A stretch of DNA of 64,000 bases from an uncultured Alphaproteobacteria bacterium (GCA_934254585.1 CAKQLF010000001.1:245250-309249), one strand, 5' to 3'. Shown: positions 10,369 to 22,306, numbered from the stretch's first letter. Program-made: numbers and translations. Notes: a model not told the origin generated them from the sequence alone.

Positions 10369-11211
10369 TTAAAGCTTCCAGTGGCCATAACTTTCGCCGA
10401 CTTTAGCATAAAGTCCGGAAGAACTTTTTCTAAAATGTTCTTTTATCGTCGATAGTTCTTTTTCGTTGCCGTTAAAATAAACGTTATCAACGGGATTTTC
10501 GACAATGAGCTGAGAATCTTCATAAAACACGATTCCGTGGTCTTTGTTTCGACATTTTTGCGGGCAGTTGTTAAGTCGGCTTAAAATGCAAAAACAATTA
10601 CGGGCAATACTCTGCAACACCCAATAAGTGTCAGACGAAGATGTTCGAACAATAAGAACATCAGACCCGACATAAAGCGTTTTTCTTTCGGTTACCAGTC
10701 CGGAAATTTTATGGTTGTCAGAAGATATCGTACTGATATTTTCGGCCGTCTTGACAAGAAAAAAATGCCGCTTTTTTGTTGTTGAGCTGTGCCTGATGCT
10801 TTCTTGCGACCAAAAATCATCAGCAAATGTTTGAGCAAATTTAAATTGCGGCAAACCTATTTGGTTCAAACTGTTGTTGATTGCCAAAACAGCGTTGTTT
10901 ATAGCCTGAATGTCGTTTTCAGTCGGCAAGTCATCAATATCTCCTTGAAGAATATCAAATACTTCAATTTTGTTGTAAACTTTATCGGAAAGCGAAGATA
11001 ACTCAATGAACTTGTTATCTTTTCCAATAAATATTCCGCGCTCCTGCGCAAACTTTGTTGATGCGGAGAAGCGGCCGTTTTTCAAGATAAAATCTCCGGG
11101 GAGAATATCGGTTTTGAGATAAAACTTGCCGTCTAGGCATTCAAGGTACACACGATTTTGTTCGATAGGAATGTAGCGATTTACTCTTGTTAAAAATTTA
11201 GGAAAAGTCAT
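10369..11211 (-). CDS. Conserved hypothetical protein (Cys cluster CxC...CxxxC near C-terminus)
   Basis: 280 aa ORF with coding-like composition. No family recognised by eye. Confidence 0.4.
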   Translation of the reverse strand: MTFPKFLTRVNRYIPIEQNRVYLECLDGKFYLKTDILPGDFILKNGRFSASTKFAQERGIFIGKDNKFIELSSLSDKVYNKIEVFDILQGDIDDLPTENDIQAINNAVLAINNSLNQIGLPQFKFAQTFADDFWSQESIRHSSTTKKRHFFLVKTAENISTISSDNHKISGLVTERKTLYVGSDVLIVRTSSSDTYWVLQSIARNCFCILSRLNNCPQKCRNKDHGIVFYEDSQLIVENPVDNVYFNGNEKELSTIKEHFRKSSSGLYAKVGESYGHWKL

Positions 11212-11402
11212 AATTAAAAATATTTAAGTCAATAATAAAATTTACCTTGTTGTATATACATCTTAACGCCAACTTTGTCAATAGCGAGAATGGGCGAAAA
11301 ATTTATTTGTCTTGTGAGCACGGGCAATATAAAATAACTTTGTCTTAGCTATTGATTAAAAGAAAAAAATAAATTATCTTGGCGGCAAGAAAAGGAGATA
11401 AG

Positions 11403-13205
11403 ATGAACGATTTAAGTTTAATCCGCAATTTTGCTATTATTGCCCATATTGATCACGGAAAATCAACCATTGCCGACAGGTTGATTGAATATTGCGGCGG
11501 TTTGCAGCATCGTGAAATGACTGAACAAGTGTTGGACTCGATGGATATCGAAAAAGAACGCGGCATTACCATTAAGGCGCAAACAGTAAGATTGAACTAT
11601 CACGCTAAAGACGGAAAAACTTATCAGCTTAATTTAATTGACACCCCGGGACACGTTGATTTTACTTATGAGGTGTCGCGTTCGTTGGCCTCATGCGAGG
11701 GATCTGTTTTGGTGGTAGACGCCACTCAGGGAGTGGAAGCGCAAACTTTAGCAAATGTGTATTTGGCTTTAGATAATAATCACGAAATTGTTACGGCGTT
11801 AAATAAAATAGATTTACCTTCAGCCGAACCGGAAAAAGTAAAACAGCAAATTGAAGATGTTATCGGATTGGACGCTTCCGATGCCGTCGAGGTTTCCGGA
11901 AAAACAGGGATAGGTATTGATAATTTGTTGGAAGAAATAGTCCATAAACTTCCGGCTCCTGTCGGAGATGACAGTGCTCCGTTGAAAGCATTGTTAATTG
12001 ACAGTTGGTACGACTCTTATTTGGGGGTTATTATTTTAGTGCGGGTGAAAGACGGGATTTTGCGTAAGAAACAAAATATTCGAATGATGTCGCACGGCGC
12101 GGATTATGTTATTGACAGAATCGGAATTTTTACGCCGAAAATGAAAGAAGTTGAGGCTTTGTACGCCGGTGAAGTCGGGTTTATTACCGCAAGTATCAAA
12201 AGTGTGGAAGATTGCAAGGTCGGTGATACGATTACGGATAATAAATTCCCTTGCGCCGCGCCGTTGGCTGGTTTTAAACCATCGGTATCGGTTGTGTTTT
12301 GCTCAATCTTTCCGGTGGACAGCAGTCAATATGGCGCATTAAAAGATGCTTTGGCAAAATTAAAACTAAATGATGCCAGTATTAATTATCAGCCTGAAAA
12401 TTCAACGGCGTTAGGTTTAGGGTTTCGCTGTGGCTTTTTGGGCTTGTTACATATGGATATTATTCAGGAGCGAATCGGTCGTGAATTTGATTTGGATATT
12501 ATAACAACAGCTCCTTCCGTGGCATATAAAATTTATCTGACTAACGGCACGCAGATTATGTTGCATAATCCGGCTGATATGCCTGATATCTCAACAATAA
12601 GGCAAATCGAGGAGCCAATGGTGCAGGCAACGATTATGGTGCCGGACACTTATTTGGGGGCGGTGCTGAAACTTTGCACCGAACGACGCGGCGAACAAGT
12701 TGATTTGACATACGTTGGCAATCGGGCAATGGTGGTCTATAAAATTCCACTGAGCGAAATTGTTTTTGATTTTTATGACAGACTGAAATCAATTACCAGC
12801 GGTTATGCCAGTTTTAATTATGAACTCGTCGGATATGCCCAATCTGATTTGGTGAAAGTGCAAATTTTAATTAATGAAGAACCGGTAGACGCACTGTCGT
12901 TTTTGTGCCATCGTTCCGAGGCAGAATCTCGAGGACGACAAATTTGCGGCCGGCTGAAAGATTTGATTCCGAAACATTTGTTTAAGATTCCGTTGCAGGC
13001 GGCAATCGGCGGGCGAATCGTGGCGCGTGAAACAATTTCGGCTTTGCGTAAAGATGTTACGGCCAAGTGTTATGGCGGTGACATAACGCGTAAGCGTAAA
13101 TTGCTGGATAATCAAAAGAAAGGTAAACAGCGTATGCGGCAATTCGGTAAAGTTGAAGTACCGCAATCTGCTTTTATTGAAGCTTTGCGAATCGGTGATA
13201 ATTAG
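11403..13205 (+). CDS. lepA: Elongation factor 4 (LepA)
   Basis: GTP-binding motifs ([18 protein letters not shown]) and the LepA C-terminal domain. ATG at 11403 has an aaaggag RBS; the ORF track began at an upstream TTG. Confidence 0.9.
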   Translation: MNDLSLIRNFAIIAHIDHGKSTIADRLIEYCGGLQHREMTEQVLDSMDIEKERGITIKAQTVRLNYHAKDGKTYQLNLIDTPGHVDFTYEVSRSLASCEGSVLVVDATQGVEAQTLANVYLALDNNHEIVTALNKIDLPSAEPEKVKQQIEDVIGLDASDAVEVSGKTGIGIDNLLEEIVHKLPAPVGDDSAPLKALLIDSWYDSYLGVIILVRVKDGILRKKQNIRMMSHGADYVIDRIGIFTPKMKEVEALYAGEVGFITASIKSVEDCKVGDTITDNKFPCAAPLAGFKPSVSVVFCSIFPVDSSQYGALKDALAKLKLNDASINYQPENSTALGLGFRCGFLGLLHMDIIQERIGREFDLDIITTAPSVAYKIYLTNGTQIMLHNPADMPDISTIRQIEEPMVQATIMVPDTYLGAVLKLCTERRGEQVDLTYVGNRAMVVYKIPLSEIVFDFYDRLKSITSGYASFNYELVGYAQSDLVKVQILINEEPVDALSFLCHRSEAESRGRQICGRLKDLIPKHLFKIPLQAAIGGRIVARETISALRKDVTAKCYGGDITRKRKLLDNQKKGKQRMRQFGKVEVPQSAFIEALRIGDN

Positions 13206-13215
13206 TGTTTGCGCT

Positions 13216-13620
13216 CTATTCTTTTAAGGGAGAAGCATCGAGGATATGTTCTTCACCATCAAATTTGCTGAGAGTTTCCTGTAATTCGGAATTATTTATT
13301 TTCTCTCCTTGAGAAATGTTTTGCAAATCTTTTTGATATTGTTTCATACTGTCCGCGGCTTTTTGGGAATAGTAATCTTTTTCTAAGTCCGGTTTCGCAT
13401 TTTGAGGCAAAGAACGAGAATGTTTTTTTTCTGCTTGGATTGTGTATAAATGATTTTCTTGCTCTTGAATTTGCGGTGTCGTGTTTGAATTTAAGGTGTT
13501 TGTCAGCGCGGTTTGGGGAATGAAAAAGTTTGGTTGCTTTTGTTTGCGTCTATAGGCCGCATTTACGGTGGCAGCTCCGGTTAATAAACATATTATTAAA
13601 ATTACGATTAGTTTTTTCAC
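13216..13620 (-). CDS. Small secreted protein (signal peptide), unknown function
   Basis: 134 aa. N-terminal signal peptide MKKLIVILIICLLTGAATVNA. Confidence 0.4.
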   Translation of the reverse strand: MKKLIVILIICLLTGAATVNAAYRRKQKQPNFFIPQTALTNTLNSNTTPQIQEQENHLYTIQAEKKHSRSLPQNAKPDLEKDYYSQKAADSMKQYQKDLQNISQGEKINNSELQETLSKFDGEEHILDASPLKE

Positions 13621-13713
13621 TTTTCTTCTCCAAAGTTGATTGGTGATATTCTAAGCCAAAAATATTTTTTTTGTCTTAATACAGGCTTAATAAATGCGTG
13701 TTAATATTTTTGT

Positions 13714-14385
13714 ATGAAAAAATTGTTGCTGTTTATAGGAATATTTTTATCGCTGGATTTTGGCTGTGCTTGCGGGGCAACAACAAATCCGGAGGATTTA
13801 TGCCGAAAAATAGCTCAAGCTGATTTTAAAAAAGCGGAAATTATATCCCATCTGGGAAAAATTAATTATATCGGTGATTACAGTTCTAAGGAATTGGCCG
13901 AAAAGTTTCCCGAAAGAGCCGTGAAAAATCAAGATATGTTGGGGTTAACCGCAATCGCATTGGAATATTCGGTGATTTTGCACATAAATAAGTATAAAAT
14001 GTCTGATGGGTCTTTTTGTGTATATCCCAAAAATGTTCAGGTTGATATCGGCTATAGTAATCCGACGATTTATTTGTCTTCCGATTTAAAAAAAGGTAGC
14101 TGTGTTTATAAAAGAACTTTGCGTCACGAGTGGCAACATCTTGTTTTAATTTATATTTATTTTCAGCAATATATACATAGCATAAAGCGGAATTTAAGTT
14201 TAGGGCCGCAAATTTTGGTAACAAAAAAAACAGAAACGGCCGACAATTTATTGCAACAGAAATATTCTGAAACAATTGAAAAAATCCACTCCGCTAATAT
14301 GGAAAAATTAATGGAGTTTGAAAAGCAATTGGACTCGTTTGAAAATTATCAAAATGAAGGCAATTTGTGCAAGTCTGATGAATAG
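13714..14385 (+). CDS. Secreted/lipoprotein-like hypothetical protein
   Basis: 223 aa with a signal peptide. Confidence 0.4.
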   Translation: MKKLLLFIGIFLSLDFGCACGATTNPEDLCRKIAQADFKKAEIISHLGKINYIGDYSSKELAEKFPERAVKNQDMLGLTAIALEYSVILHINKYKMSDGSFCVYPKNVQVDIGYSNPTIYLSSDLKKGSCVYKRTLRHEWQHLVLIYIYFQQYIHSIKRNLSLGPQILVTKKTETADNLLQQKYSETIEKIHSANMEKLMEFEKQLDSFENYQNEGNLCKSDE

Positions 14386-14386
14386 G

Positions 14387-15058
14387 TCAGCAACAAAATT
14401 CTTTTTCCAGATACTGCAAACATTCATTAATGTTATCAACGGCAATATCAATATATTCGTTGCATTTATCATTCGGTTTTCCGTGGCATAAGCGCATTGT
14501 AACCATTCCGGCTTTTTTTGCAAATTCCAAATTTGAATAACTATCATCAATAAACAGGCAATTTTCGGCATTATGTTTTATTTTTTCGCATAATTTCAGA
14601 TAAACGTCAGGGCTTTCATTTTTTTTGTAGCAGTCAAAGTCTTCAACCGAATAGAATTTTCCGGCAAAAAAGTCATAAAGTCCGATGTGTTTCAAAATGG
14701 CCTCGCAAGCCGCGCGCGAACTGGTTGATAAAATATATTGTGAGCACTTCAGTTTTTCAATACGCTCCAAAAGTCCCTCATAAGGAACAATAGGATGAAG
14801 ATTATATTCTTTGCGTTTGTGATAGGCATCGAACATTTCTTTGGGAGAAATCCCGAATTTTTGCACAAAAATCTCGCCGCCGTCACGATATTTTCGATAT
14901 GACTCGGTAACCATTGCTTTAGCTGTTGGAAAATCCAACGGTAAGTTCAAATCTTCAATAGCCGCTTTAGCTGTTATTTCATCTAATAAGTCGTGAAATT
15001 CAGGTGTTTCACGGTATAAAGTGTTGTCTAAATCCCATACAATAACGTTCTGTTTCAT
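14387..15058 (-). CDS. HAD-superfamily hydrolase (DxDxT motif)
   Basis: WDLDNTLY motif I. Likely start MKQNV (15058) with an aaaagga RBS; the ORF track extends to 15112. Confidence 0.6.
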   Translation of the reverse strand: MKQNVIVWDLDNTLYRETPEFHDLLDEITAKAAIEDLNLPLDFPTAKAMVTESYRKYRDGGEIFVQKFGISPKEMFDAYHKRKEYNLHPIVPYEGLLERIEKLKCSQYILSTSSRAACEAILKHIGLYDFFAGKFYSVEDFDCYKKNESPDVYLKLCEKIKHNAENCLFIDDSYSNLEFAKKAGMVTMRLCHGKPNDKCNEYIDIAVDNINECLQYLEKEFCC

Positions 15059-15385
15059 AGTCATATCCTTTTCAAACTCATCTAAAAATATCATAATTTT
15101 AGGCGAGGTCAAGGTTTAAATCTGCTAACTAAACGCTATATTTGGGCTAAAGGAGAGAAAAATGAATAAATTGCAAAAATTTGTCGTAACGTTGTGTGTT
15201 TGGACTTCTGTTTCGGTCTTTTCAAATAACGATTTTTCCGCTCAAAATGTTTCGGTAAAAGAACACGATAACTTTTTATCTTTTTCAAAAACAAAAAAAG
15301 AGGACTTAAAAATAAAAAATTCCCCTAAAAAAGAAGAGGGGAAAAATATAAAAAATTTCAAATTTTTACCGGCAAAAACAAAAAA

Positions 15386-16060
15386 TTAGCGATTGTCAAG
15401 CTCGGATAATTTTTTATCAATCAAAGGTTCGATAACTTTTAGCGAATCGGCCAATTGTTTGTCTGAAGTATCTATCAATATTGCATCGTCAGCAGGTTTA
15501 AGCGGAGCGGTGCTACGATTCGAGTCACGCTCATCTCGGGCTTTCATATCATTATAAACTTGTTCAAACGAAGTACTGTGGCCGGCGGCTTTCAAATCAT
15601 TGTATCGGCGGCGAGCTCTTATTTCCAAGTCAGCAATAACATAAAATTTTAACTCAGCTTGAGGACAAATCACAGTTCCGGTGTCACGGCCGTCATAGAT
15701 TGCTCCCCGAGCCGGTGTTCCGTCCGAAAAGACAGGGTTTAGCGCAAAGTCTTTTTGCATAGTCAACAAGGCGGCGCGGACACGCGGTTGTGCCGAAACA
15801 ATGGACGCGGCTTTGCTGCCGATGTCGGAACGAAAATCTTTGTTTTTAGCTAAATTCATCATTTGCGGAAAAGTAAGGGTTTGCGCAATTTTTTCGGCTT
15901 TGTCTTCATCATTTAAATCATCACCATTTAAAACCATCTGCAAGCCAACGGCGCGATATACCATTCCGGTATCAAAGTAAGCCATTTTGTATTTTTCGGC
16001 TAATGCCGCCGCAATTGTGCCTTTGCCTGAACCGGCCGGACCATCAATAGTGATAATCAT
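15386..16060 (-). CDS. cmk: Cytidylate kinase
   Basis: ITIDGPAGSGKGT P-loop and cytidylate kinase layout, 224 aa. Confidence 0.85.
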   Translation of the reverse strand: MIITIDGPAGSGKGTIAAALAEKYKMAYFDTGMVYRAVGLQMVLNGDDLNDEDKAEKIAQTLTFPQMMNLAKNKDFRSDIGSKAASIVSAQPRVRAALLTMQKDFALNPVFSDGTPARGAIYDGRDTGTVICPQAELKFYVIADLEIRARRRYNDLKAAGHSTSFEQVYNDMKARDERDSNRSTAPLKPADDAILIDTSDKQLADSLKVIEPLIDKKLSELDNR

Positions 16061-16140
16061 TTTTTATATCCTTACAAAATAAAATACGTTATATTTTCCT
16101 TAACATATATAGTATATAATCACAAAATAAAAATGTTTTT

Positions 16141-16887
16141 ATGCAATGTTTTTTGAGTCTGGAAATGATTGTACGACTTTATTGTAATGAAAAGTTGAAA
16201 GAAATCGGGCAAACAGTTTGTTTAAACGATAAGCAAATTCATTATCTTGGCAATGTGCTGAGAATGAAAATCGGTGATGTGTTTTATTTGTTTGATGGTG
16301 AAAACGGTGAGTTTGAAGCACAAATTTCAGATATGTCAAAAAAATCAGGATTGGCCGTTTTGTTAAAGCAAACCCAAAAAATGCGCCGTTCCCCTGATGT
16401 GTGGTTGCTGTTTGCGCCGTTGAAAAAGGATAAGACCGATATGGTTTTACAAAAAGCTACGGAATTGGGAGTTAGAAAAATTATTCCCGTGCAAACTGAT
16501 TTTACAAATGCCGAAAAAGTTCGTTTGGAACGGTATGAAACTCAGGTGGAAGAAGCGGCAGAACAATGTCGACGCTTAGATGTTCCGGAATTAGAAAATA
16601 TCAGCACTTTGGATAAAGTTTTAGAAAACTGGCCCGAAGATAGAACTCTGTTTTTTATGAATGAAAAAGGAGCTGGCTCGCAAGTGCTTAACTTGTTGGC
16701 AAATGCACCTAAAGCGGCGATTTTAATCGGACCTGAAGGGGGCTTCAGTCAGCAAGAATGTAAAAAACTGTTGGAGCGACCATTTGTAAAAAGCATTTAT
16801 CTTAGAGGGCAAATTTTGCGAGCAGAAACGGCGGCAATTGCTGCGCTTTCATGTTGGCAGGCAGTTAATGGAGATTGGGCAAAATGA
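16141..16887 (+). CDS. rsmE: 16S rRNA (uracil1498-N3)-methyltransferase RsmE
   Basis: PUA-like N-terminus and SPOUT C-terminus (ILIGPEGGFS). Alternative start at M9 (16165). Confidence 0.7.
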   Translation: MQCFLSLEMIVRLYCNEKLKEIGQTVCLNDKQIHYLGNVLRMKIGDVFYLFDGENGEFEAQISDMSKKSGLAVLLKQTQKMRRSPDVWLLFAPLKKDKTDMVLQKATELGVRKIIPVQTDFTNAEKVRLERYETQVEEAAEQCRRLDVPELENISTLDKVLENWPEDRTLFFMNEKGAGSQVLNLLANAPKAAILIGPEGGFSQQECKKLLERPFVKSIYLRGQILRAETAAIAALSCWQAVNGDWAK

Positions 16888-17564
16888 AATTTTTAATAGC
16901 AGATGACCACGAATTGTTTTTACAAGGTTTAGAGTTTATTTTGCATAAACAATATCCGCAGGCGGAAATTGTTTTAACAAACAGCTATACCGGAATTTTT
17001 GAGATTTTGGCTAAACAAAAAAATTTTGATTTGATTGTGACTGATTTGGCGATGCCGGGTGTTAATTGGCAAGAAGCTCTCAGTCGGATTCACACTATGT
17101 GTCCTGATGTTCCGGTTATAATTATTTCTGCCGTATTTGATAAGGAAATTTTACAAAAGACCTTTGACATCGGGGTTGCCGGTTATGTTTCAAAATCTTT
17201 TCCAAACAGCATAATAATCAGTGCCATTAATCTGGTTCTGGCCGGTGGAATGTATATTCCTCCGGAGTTGCTTCGGAGTAATTTGCAAAATGCTTCTCTG
17301 CCAATCGGTGAGTTGATGAAAGATTTAGATGAAAAACCTAAGTCCGTACGCGAAAATAATATTTTAACACCTCGACAAACAGAAGTTTTGCAGTGTTTGG
17401 CCGAAGGGCTTTCAAATAAACAGATTGCATATCGTCTGGGGTTAAGCGAGGGAACAGTAAAAATACATATCACCTTGCTGATGCGGGCTTTAGATGTCAG
17501 TAACAGACTGCAGGCTGTGCGCGAGGCTCAGCACCGAGGTTTGTTAAAAGCTGATGAGGTTTAA
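16875..17564 (+). CDS. Two-component response regulator, NarL/FixJ (LuxR-HTH) family
   Basis: Receiver domain (LIADDHELF...D..MPG) plus a C-terminal LuxR HTH (LTPRQTEVLQCLAEGLSNKQIA). Confidence 0.75.
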   Translation: MGKMKFLIADDHELFLQGLEFILHKQYPQAEIVLTNSYTGIFEILAKQKNFDLIVTDLAMPGVNWQEALSRIHTMCPDVPVIIISAVFDKEILQKTFDIGVAGYVSKSFPNSIIISAINLVLAGGMYIPPELLRSNLQNASLPIGELMKDLDEKPKSVRENNILTPRQTEVLQCLAEGLSNKQIAYRLGLSEGTVKIHITLLMRALDVSNRLQAVREAQHRGLLKADEV

Positions 17565-18288
17565 AATGGTAAAAGGAAAAAAAACAAATCAACTTCCGCC
17601 CTATATGGGAATTTTTAGCAATTTAATCTATGAAAACAAAATTATTTCAGGGATTTTTGATGACTCGCGTATTGTCAGATTGCGTAGCTTGGGATTGCAG
17701 AAAAAAATTGTGTCGGAGTTGTTGCGCGATATTTCTAAAAACGCTCACGTCTTGCAAATAGGTTTGGTTTTCGGTGATGAAATTCTGAGAGTTTATGACA
17801 AAGTCAAAAAACAGGGAAAACTGGATATTTTTGATGTTTCTGATACGCAGATAGCTTTGGCAAAAGAAAAATATGCCCGTAAAAATATTGAAATAAGTAA
17901 CTATAATGCCGCAGTTGAATGGGACGAGAAATATGATGTGGTTATATGTTATAATTTGTTACACGAGCTTCCGCTTAAAACCAGACAAAAAGTGATGGAC
18001 AATGTTTTGACCAGTTTGGCTATGGGCGGAAAGGCCATATTCGTAGATTATGCCAAACCTGTTTGGTGGCAATTGTTTCGTTGGCCTCTGTGGGTGTTTA
18101 ATCGCCTGTATCAGCCTTTTGCCGAGAGTTTGTGGCAAAAACCATTGGAAAAGTTTTGCAGCAAAAAAGATGATTATCGTTGGCAGCACAGCTATTTTGG
18201 CGGCGGTTTGTGGCAAAAAACCATAGCGGTTAGAAAAATTTTAAGCAACGAAGATGTGCGAAAGTTGACAGCGTTATTTAGAAAATAA
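17554..18288 (+). CDS. Class I SAM-dependent methyltransferase
   Basis: Methyltransferase fold motifs (LQIGLVFGDE...DIFDVSD...VICYNLLHEL). Confidence 0.5.
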   Translation: MRFKMVKGKKTNQLPPYMGIFSNLIYENKIISGIFDDSRIVRLRSLGLQKKIVSELLRDISKNAHVLQIGLVFGDEILRVYDKVKKQGKLDIFDVSDTQIALAKEKYARKNIEISNYNAAVEWDEKYDVVICYNLLHELPLKTRQKVMDNVLTSLAMGGKAIFVDYAKPVWWQLFRWPLWVFNRLYQPFAESLWQKPLEKFCSKKDDYRWQHSYFGGGLWQKTIAVRKILSNEDVRKLTALFRK

Positions 18289-18289
18289 A

Positions 18290-18325
18290 AGAAACAGCGG
18301 TTATCTCCCGCTGTTTCTTTTTTGT
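18290..18325. terminator. Bidirectional hairpin terminator between convergent genes
   Basis: Perfect 10-bp stem gaaacagcgg/ccgctgtttc with T-runs on both sides. Overlaps the last codons of the minus-strand gene. Confidence 0.5.
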
Positions 18326-19551
18326 AAAAATTGTTGCAAATTAAGAGTTTTTTCTGTTCCGTCTTTTCTGATGATTGTTCCGTCAGAATTTGTTGCGGGA
18401 CGTTGCGTGCGCGTCATATCCACTTTTTGGGTTTCATCGGGAGTCAAAATTTTATCAACCATTTCTTTTATTTCTTGTTTGTCGTCTTTTACTTTTTGAT
18501 TGAATTGACTGTACATATCGTCAGCACCCTCATAGCCGGCAATGGCTAGCTGTCTAGCGGTTTCAAGTGTTATGTAGTTGCACCGATTACATTCTTTGGC
18601 TTTGTTTAACACTTTCGTTTCCGCCAGATTTCTTTCGGAATTACAACCGAAAGCAATTGAGGATGACAGATATACACCTGCATTGCCGACTGAAACGCAA
18701 GAAGCGTCACGAAGCCCGTTTTTTTGGGCGAAAAGTTTAGCTTTTTTGGCGGGAATATTTTTGCCGTTTTCAATCGGATAAAAAGCTATGGCATATTCTT
18801 TTTCCGCTTTCATCAATTCATCATAGTGTTCTGAGCTCAGCTTTTTTATGTCGTTTATAAAGGCATTTGAGAAACGGCGCGGGCTTTTAGGCGTCGCACC
18901 TCTTTCTGTTATTCCGACAACAGAAAGTTTGTTCATATCTCTCAAGGCTTTTTGTCGTTCTAAGACGCCGGAAACTCCGGTTTTCAGCTCTCCGTCTTCA
19001 GTGTAAAGCTGTTTTCGTGCTTTTTCAAGAATTTCCGCATTTTCAGGAGTGTTTTTTATGTATTTGGCCGCTATATTGTGTAGATTTTCATCGGGAGAGC
19101 AATATAAACTGCGAACAAAATTTTTAGCAATAACCTCATTACCCTGAAAAATAAACATTCTGGTTCGAGCCTTGTTTAAATTGACAATATCACCTTTTTG
19201 TCCTTCACGATTTTCCATAACACTGGTCACTTCGTGGTTATAGATTTCGCGAGAATCCACGCGTTTGACATTCATTAAACCATCGTTACGCCAATCATCA
19301 ACATTCATAATATATTCCGTGTGTCGGTTGATGGCGGCATATTCTTGAGGAAGTTCTTGGGCTTTTTCAAAAGAAATGGTTTTGCCTGATATTTCCGGAA
19401 CAGCCTCTATATTTACTTCTTTAGGGGTTGAAGTAATGGTCATTGTGGTTGTTTCGTTTTCTTTTTCAGAGGGAAGCACATTTTGCGCCGTCATTTGGGT
19501 GGAATAGCTGGAAACCGCACCGACAGCCGCAATTTTAAGATAAGTTTTCAT
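18301..19551 (-). CDS. Secreted hypothetical protein
   Basis: Signal peptide begins at [15 protein letters not shown] (start moved to 19551). No recognisable domain. Possible host-interaction protein. Confidence 0.4.
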   Translation of the reverse strand: MKTYLKIAAVGAVSSYSTQMTAQNVLPSEKENETTTMTITSTPKEVNIEAVPEISGKTISFEKAQELPQEYAAINRHTEYIMNVDDWRNDGLMNVKRVDSREIYNHEVTSVMENREGQKGDIVNLNKARTRMFIFQGNEVIAKNFVRSLYCSPDENLHNIAAKYIKNTPENAEILEKARKQLYTEDGELKTGVSGVLERQKALRDMNKLSVVGITERGATPKSPRRFSNAFINDIKKLSSEHYDELMKAEKEYAIAFYPIENGKNIPAKKAKLFAQKNGLRDASCVSVGNAGVYLSSSIAFGCNSERNLAETKVLNKAKECNRCNYITLETARQLAIAGYEGADDMYSQFNQKVKDDKQEIKEMVDKILTPDETQKVDMTRTQRPATNSDGTIIRKDGTEKTLNLQQFLQKRNSGR

Positions 19552-19732
19552 TTTGTTGATTTTTTCGGACAATGTATTTTCTTTTGTGTTGACAACCATT
19601 TTATATCTTCCTCCATCTGTTACCATATTTATAATAACATATTTATGTTTGATAATCCAGTTTTTTATTGAAAAAAAAATTTGTCAAGGTTATAGTCACG
19701 TTAGTTTATTTTATTTATGTAGGACAATGAAA

Positions 19733-21205
19733 ATGGCAAATGAAACAAATATTCATAGAGAATCTCGATTGGCAAAATTAAATACTCTGCAAGAAAAGGG
19801 GTATAATCCTTATCCGTATAAATTTTCTCCGACAACTTTTGCAGCAGATTTGCAGGAAAAATATAAAGATTTGCCAGATGGAACCGATACGGAAGACCGC
19901 GTGACAATTGCCGGACGCGCTATGGCGGTTCGTAACAGCGGTATGTTTGTGGATATTAAAGACAAAAGCGGAAAAATTCAGGCTTTTTGTTATAAGAAAA
20001 TTTTGCCGGAAAATGATATGGAATTGCTGAAATGTCTTGATGTCGGGGATATTGTCGGTGTAAGCGGCTTTGTGCGCCGCACTCCGCGTGGTGAACTGAC
20101 TATTGCTGCCGAAAAATTTGATATCATTGCCAAATCGTTGCAGCCTCTGCCGGAAAAGTTTCACGGCTTGACCGATGTTGATGCCAGATATCGTCAAAGA
20201 TATGTCGATTTTATTATGAATGAAGACAGTAAGGAAATATTTAAAAAACGTTGCCGCATTACTTCGGCCGTGCGCCGCTATTTTGAACAGCACGAGTTTT
20301 TAGAAGTAGAAACTCCGATGTTGCATCCGATTATGGGCGGGGCAAATGCAAAGCCGTTTATTACTCATCACAATGCTTTGGATATGGATTTGTATTTGCG
20401 GATTGCTCCGGAGTTGTATTTGAAAAAACTTGTTGTCGGCGGATTTGACAGAGTGTTTGAAATCGGTCGCAACTTTAGAAATGAGGGTATTGATAAAAAT
20501 CATAATCCGGAATTTACAGGGTTGGAAGCTTATCAGGCTTATGCCGATTATAATGATATGGCCGATTTGATTCAAGACTTGCTGCGTTTTGTGGCTCAAG
20601 ATGTTTTGGGTACACAGGTTTTAACAATCGGCGATAAAGAAGTTGACTTAGCAAAACCTTTTGCGCGGAAATCTATTGTGGATTTGATTAAAGAAAAAAC
20701 GGGAATCGATTTGTTACAGGCAGAAACTTTGGAGCAGGCTAAAGAAATGGCTAAATCAATAGGAGTTGATGCCGGAGCTTGCAGCTGTTGGGGAAAAGTG
20801 GTGCAAGAAGTGTTTGATGAAAAAGTAGAAGCTTCGCTTATTGAACCGACTTTTGTGATGGATATGCCTCGAGATGTTTCGCCATTGGCTAAAACCCATC
20901 GCTCTAATCCAAGATTAGTGGAACACTTTGATGCTTATCTGGGGGGAATGGAAATCGGCTGTGCTTATTCTGAACTTTCTAATCCGCTGGAACAAAGAGA
21001 GCGTTTTGAGGCAGAAGTCGCCGCTCGTGAAAATGGTGATGATGAAGCTCAAATGCTTGATGAGGATTTTATCAACGCTCTGGAAAACGGTTTTCCTCCT
21101 TCCGGCGGTATGGGAATGGGAATTGACAGATTGGCAATATTGTTTACCGGTGCGGAAACAATTCGTGATGTTATTGCTTTTCCTACTTTGAGAAAGAAAG
21201 ATTAG
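19733..21205 (+). CDS. lysS: Lysyl-tRNA synthetase (class II)
   Basis: Class II aaRS motifs ([14 protein letters not shown]) and an N-terminal OB anticodon-binding domain. Start MANETN at 19733 has an agga RBS; the ORF track extended 180 nt upstream. Confidence 0.85.
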   Translation: MANETNIHRESRLAKLNTLQEKGYNPYPYKFSPTTFAADLQEKYKDLPDGTDTEDRVTIAGRAMAVRNSGMFVDIKDKSGKIQAFCYKKILPENDMELLKCLDVGDIVGVSGFVRRTPRGELTIAAEKFDIIAKSLQPLPEKFHGLTDVDARYRQRYVDFIMNEDSKEIFKKRCRITSAVRRYFEQHEFLEVETPMLHPIMGGANAKPFITHHNALDMDLYLRIAPELYLKKLVVGGFDRVFEIGRNFRNEGIDKNHNPEFTGLEAYQAYADYNDMADLIQDLLRFVAQDVLGTQVLTIGDKEVDLAKPFARKSIVDLIKEKTGIDLLQAETLEQAKEMAKSIGVDAGACSCWGKVVQEVFDEKVEASLIEPTFVMDMPRDVSPLAKTHRSNPRLVEHFDAYLGGMEIGCAYSELSNPLEQRERFEAEVAARENGDDEAQMLDEDFINALENGFPPSGGMGMGIDRLAILFTGAETIRDVIAFPTLRKKD

Positions 21206-21209
21206 GTAA

Positions 21210-22277
21210 ATGAAAAAAATTAATAAAGTTTGGGTGTTAACCATTGTTTTGTCGGTTATTGCTGCCATCGAGGGACTGGTTGTCATTTATGATGTGCTGC
21301 GTTCGTCACCGGATAAATATCCGTTGGCAACGGCGAGCGTGGCTGTGCCAAGACAAATTGTTAAGATTCAGCCTTTCATTTTTGAAATGAATGTTGAAAA
21401 AGAGTTGTCTGAAAAATTGTCAGCCCTACGTTCTCAGATTAACAGACCTTTGTTAGAAAAAATGATTGAAGGGCAAGAAAAAGAACAAAATACGACTTCG
21501 GATAGCGCAAACGTCGAAATTTCGAAAGATTCAGAAAAAAAAACTAAAGTCGAAGATATGAACTCTTCGGCTTTAAAAACAGAAGGCGGCGCGGTTATGG
21601 TGGCCGTGGTGATAGACGATATGGGAGTGAGCGTTCCGCATACTCGGGATATTTTGAGCTTAGAAAAGCCTGTAACCGCCTCTTTCTTAACCTATGGAGC
21701 AGCTAACCGCAAACAAGTTATAACAGCCAAGGAAAAGGGGTTTGAAGTGATGCTTCATGTGCCGATGATGCCTCATTCTAAAGCTGATTTGGCTCCGGTT
21801 ACGCTGTCGCCTGATATGTCGGAAGATGAAATAAAAAATGATTTGGTGCAAATGTTGGACAGATATAAAGGGTTGGGTATGAAAGGAATAAACAACCATA
21901 TGGGGAGCTTGTTTACCGAAGATGAAAAAAGTTTGAGCTCTGTTATGCAAATTTTGAAGGAGCGCAATTTATTTTTTTTGGATTCTAAAACCACGGCAAA
22001 GTCAGTTGGGGCTAAAGTGGCGGCAGAATATGGTGTGCCGTATATAGCTCGTGATGTGTTTTTGGATAATGAAAACGATTATAACTATATTATGAAACAG
22101 TTGCGTCAAACTGAAAAAATTGCCCATATGCGTGGTTATGCGGTGGCGATAGGACATCCGCGTTCACAAACTTATTTAGCTTTACGCGACTGGATAAAAG
22201 AGTTGCCGGAGCGGAAAATCAGGTTAGTCCGCTTAGGAGATTTGGTGCGTGAGGTCAATAAAAAAACAAAAAATTAA
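21210..22277 (+). CDS. Divergent polysaccharide deacetylase family protein (YibQ-like)
   Basis: 355 aa with an N-terminal TM anchor. Motifs AVVIDDMG and HVPMMP are typical of DUF610/YibQ. Confidence 0.6.
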   Translation: MKKINKVWVLTIVLSVIAAIEGLVVIYDVLRSSPDKYPLATASVAVPRQIVKIQPFIFEMNVEKELSEKLSALRSQINRPLLEKMIEGQEKEQNTTSDSANVEISKDSEKKTKVEDMNSSALKTEGGAVMVAVVIDDMGVSVPHTRDILSLEKPVTASFLTYGAANRKQVITAKEKGFEVMLHVPMMPHSKADLAPVTLSPDMSEDEIKNDLVQMLDRYKGLGMKGINNHMGSLFTEDEKSLSSVMQILKERNLFFLDSKTTAKSVGAKVAAEYGVPYIARDVFLDNENDYNYIMKQLRQTEKIAHMRGYAVAIGHPRSQTYLALRDWIKELPERKIRLVRLGDLVREVNKKTKN

Positions 22278-22306
22278 AAAAAATTGATTTTATGTGAAAA
22301 AAGTTC

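Noticed and set aside
19553-19732. N-terminal 60-aa extension of lysS in the ORF track
   Set aside because: Hydrophobic, non-conserved extension; proper ATG with RBS at 19733 gives the canonical LysS N-terminus ([12 protein letters not shown]).
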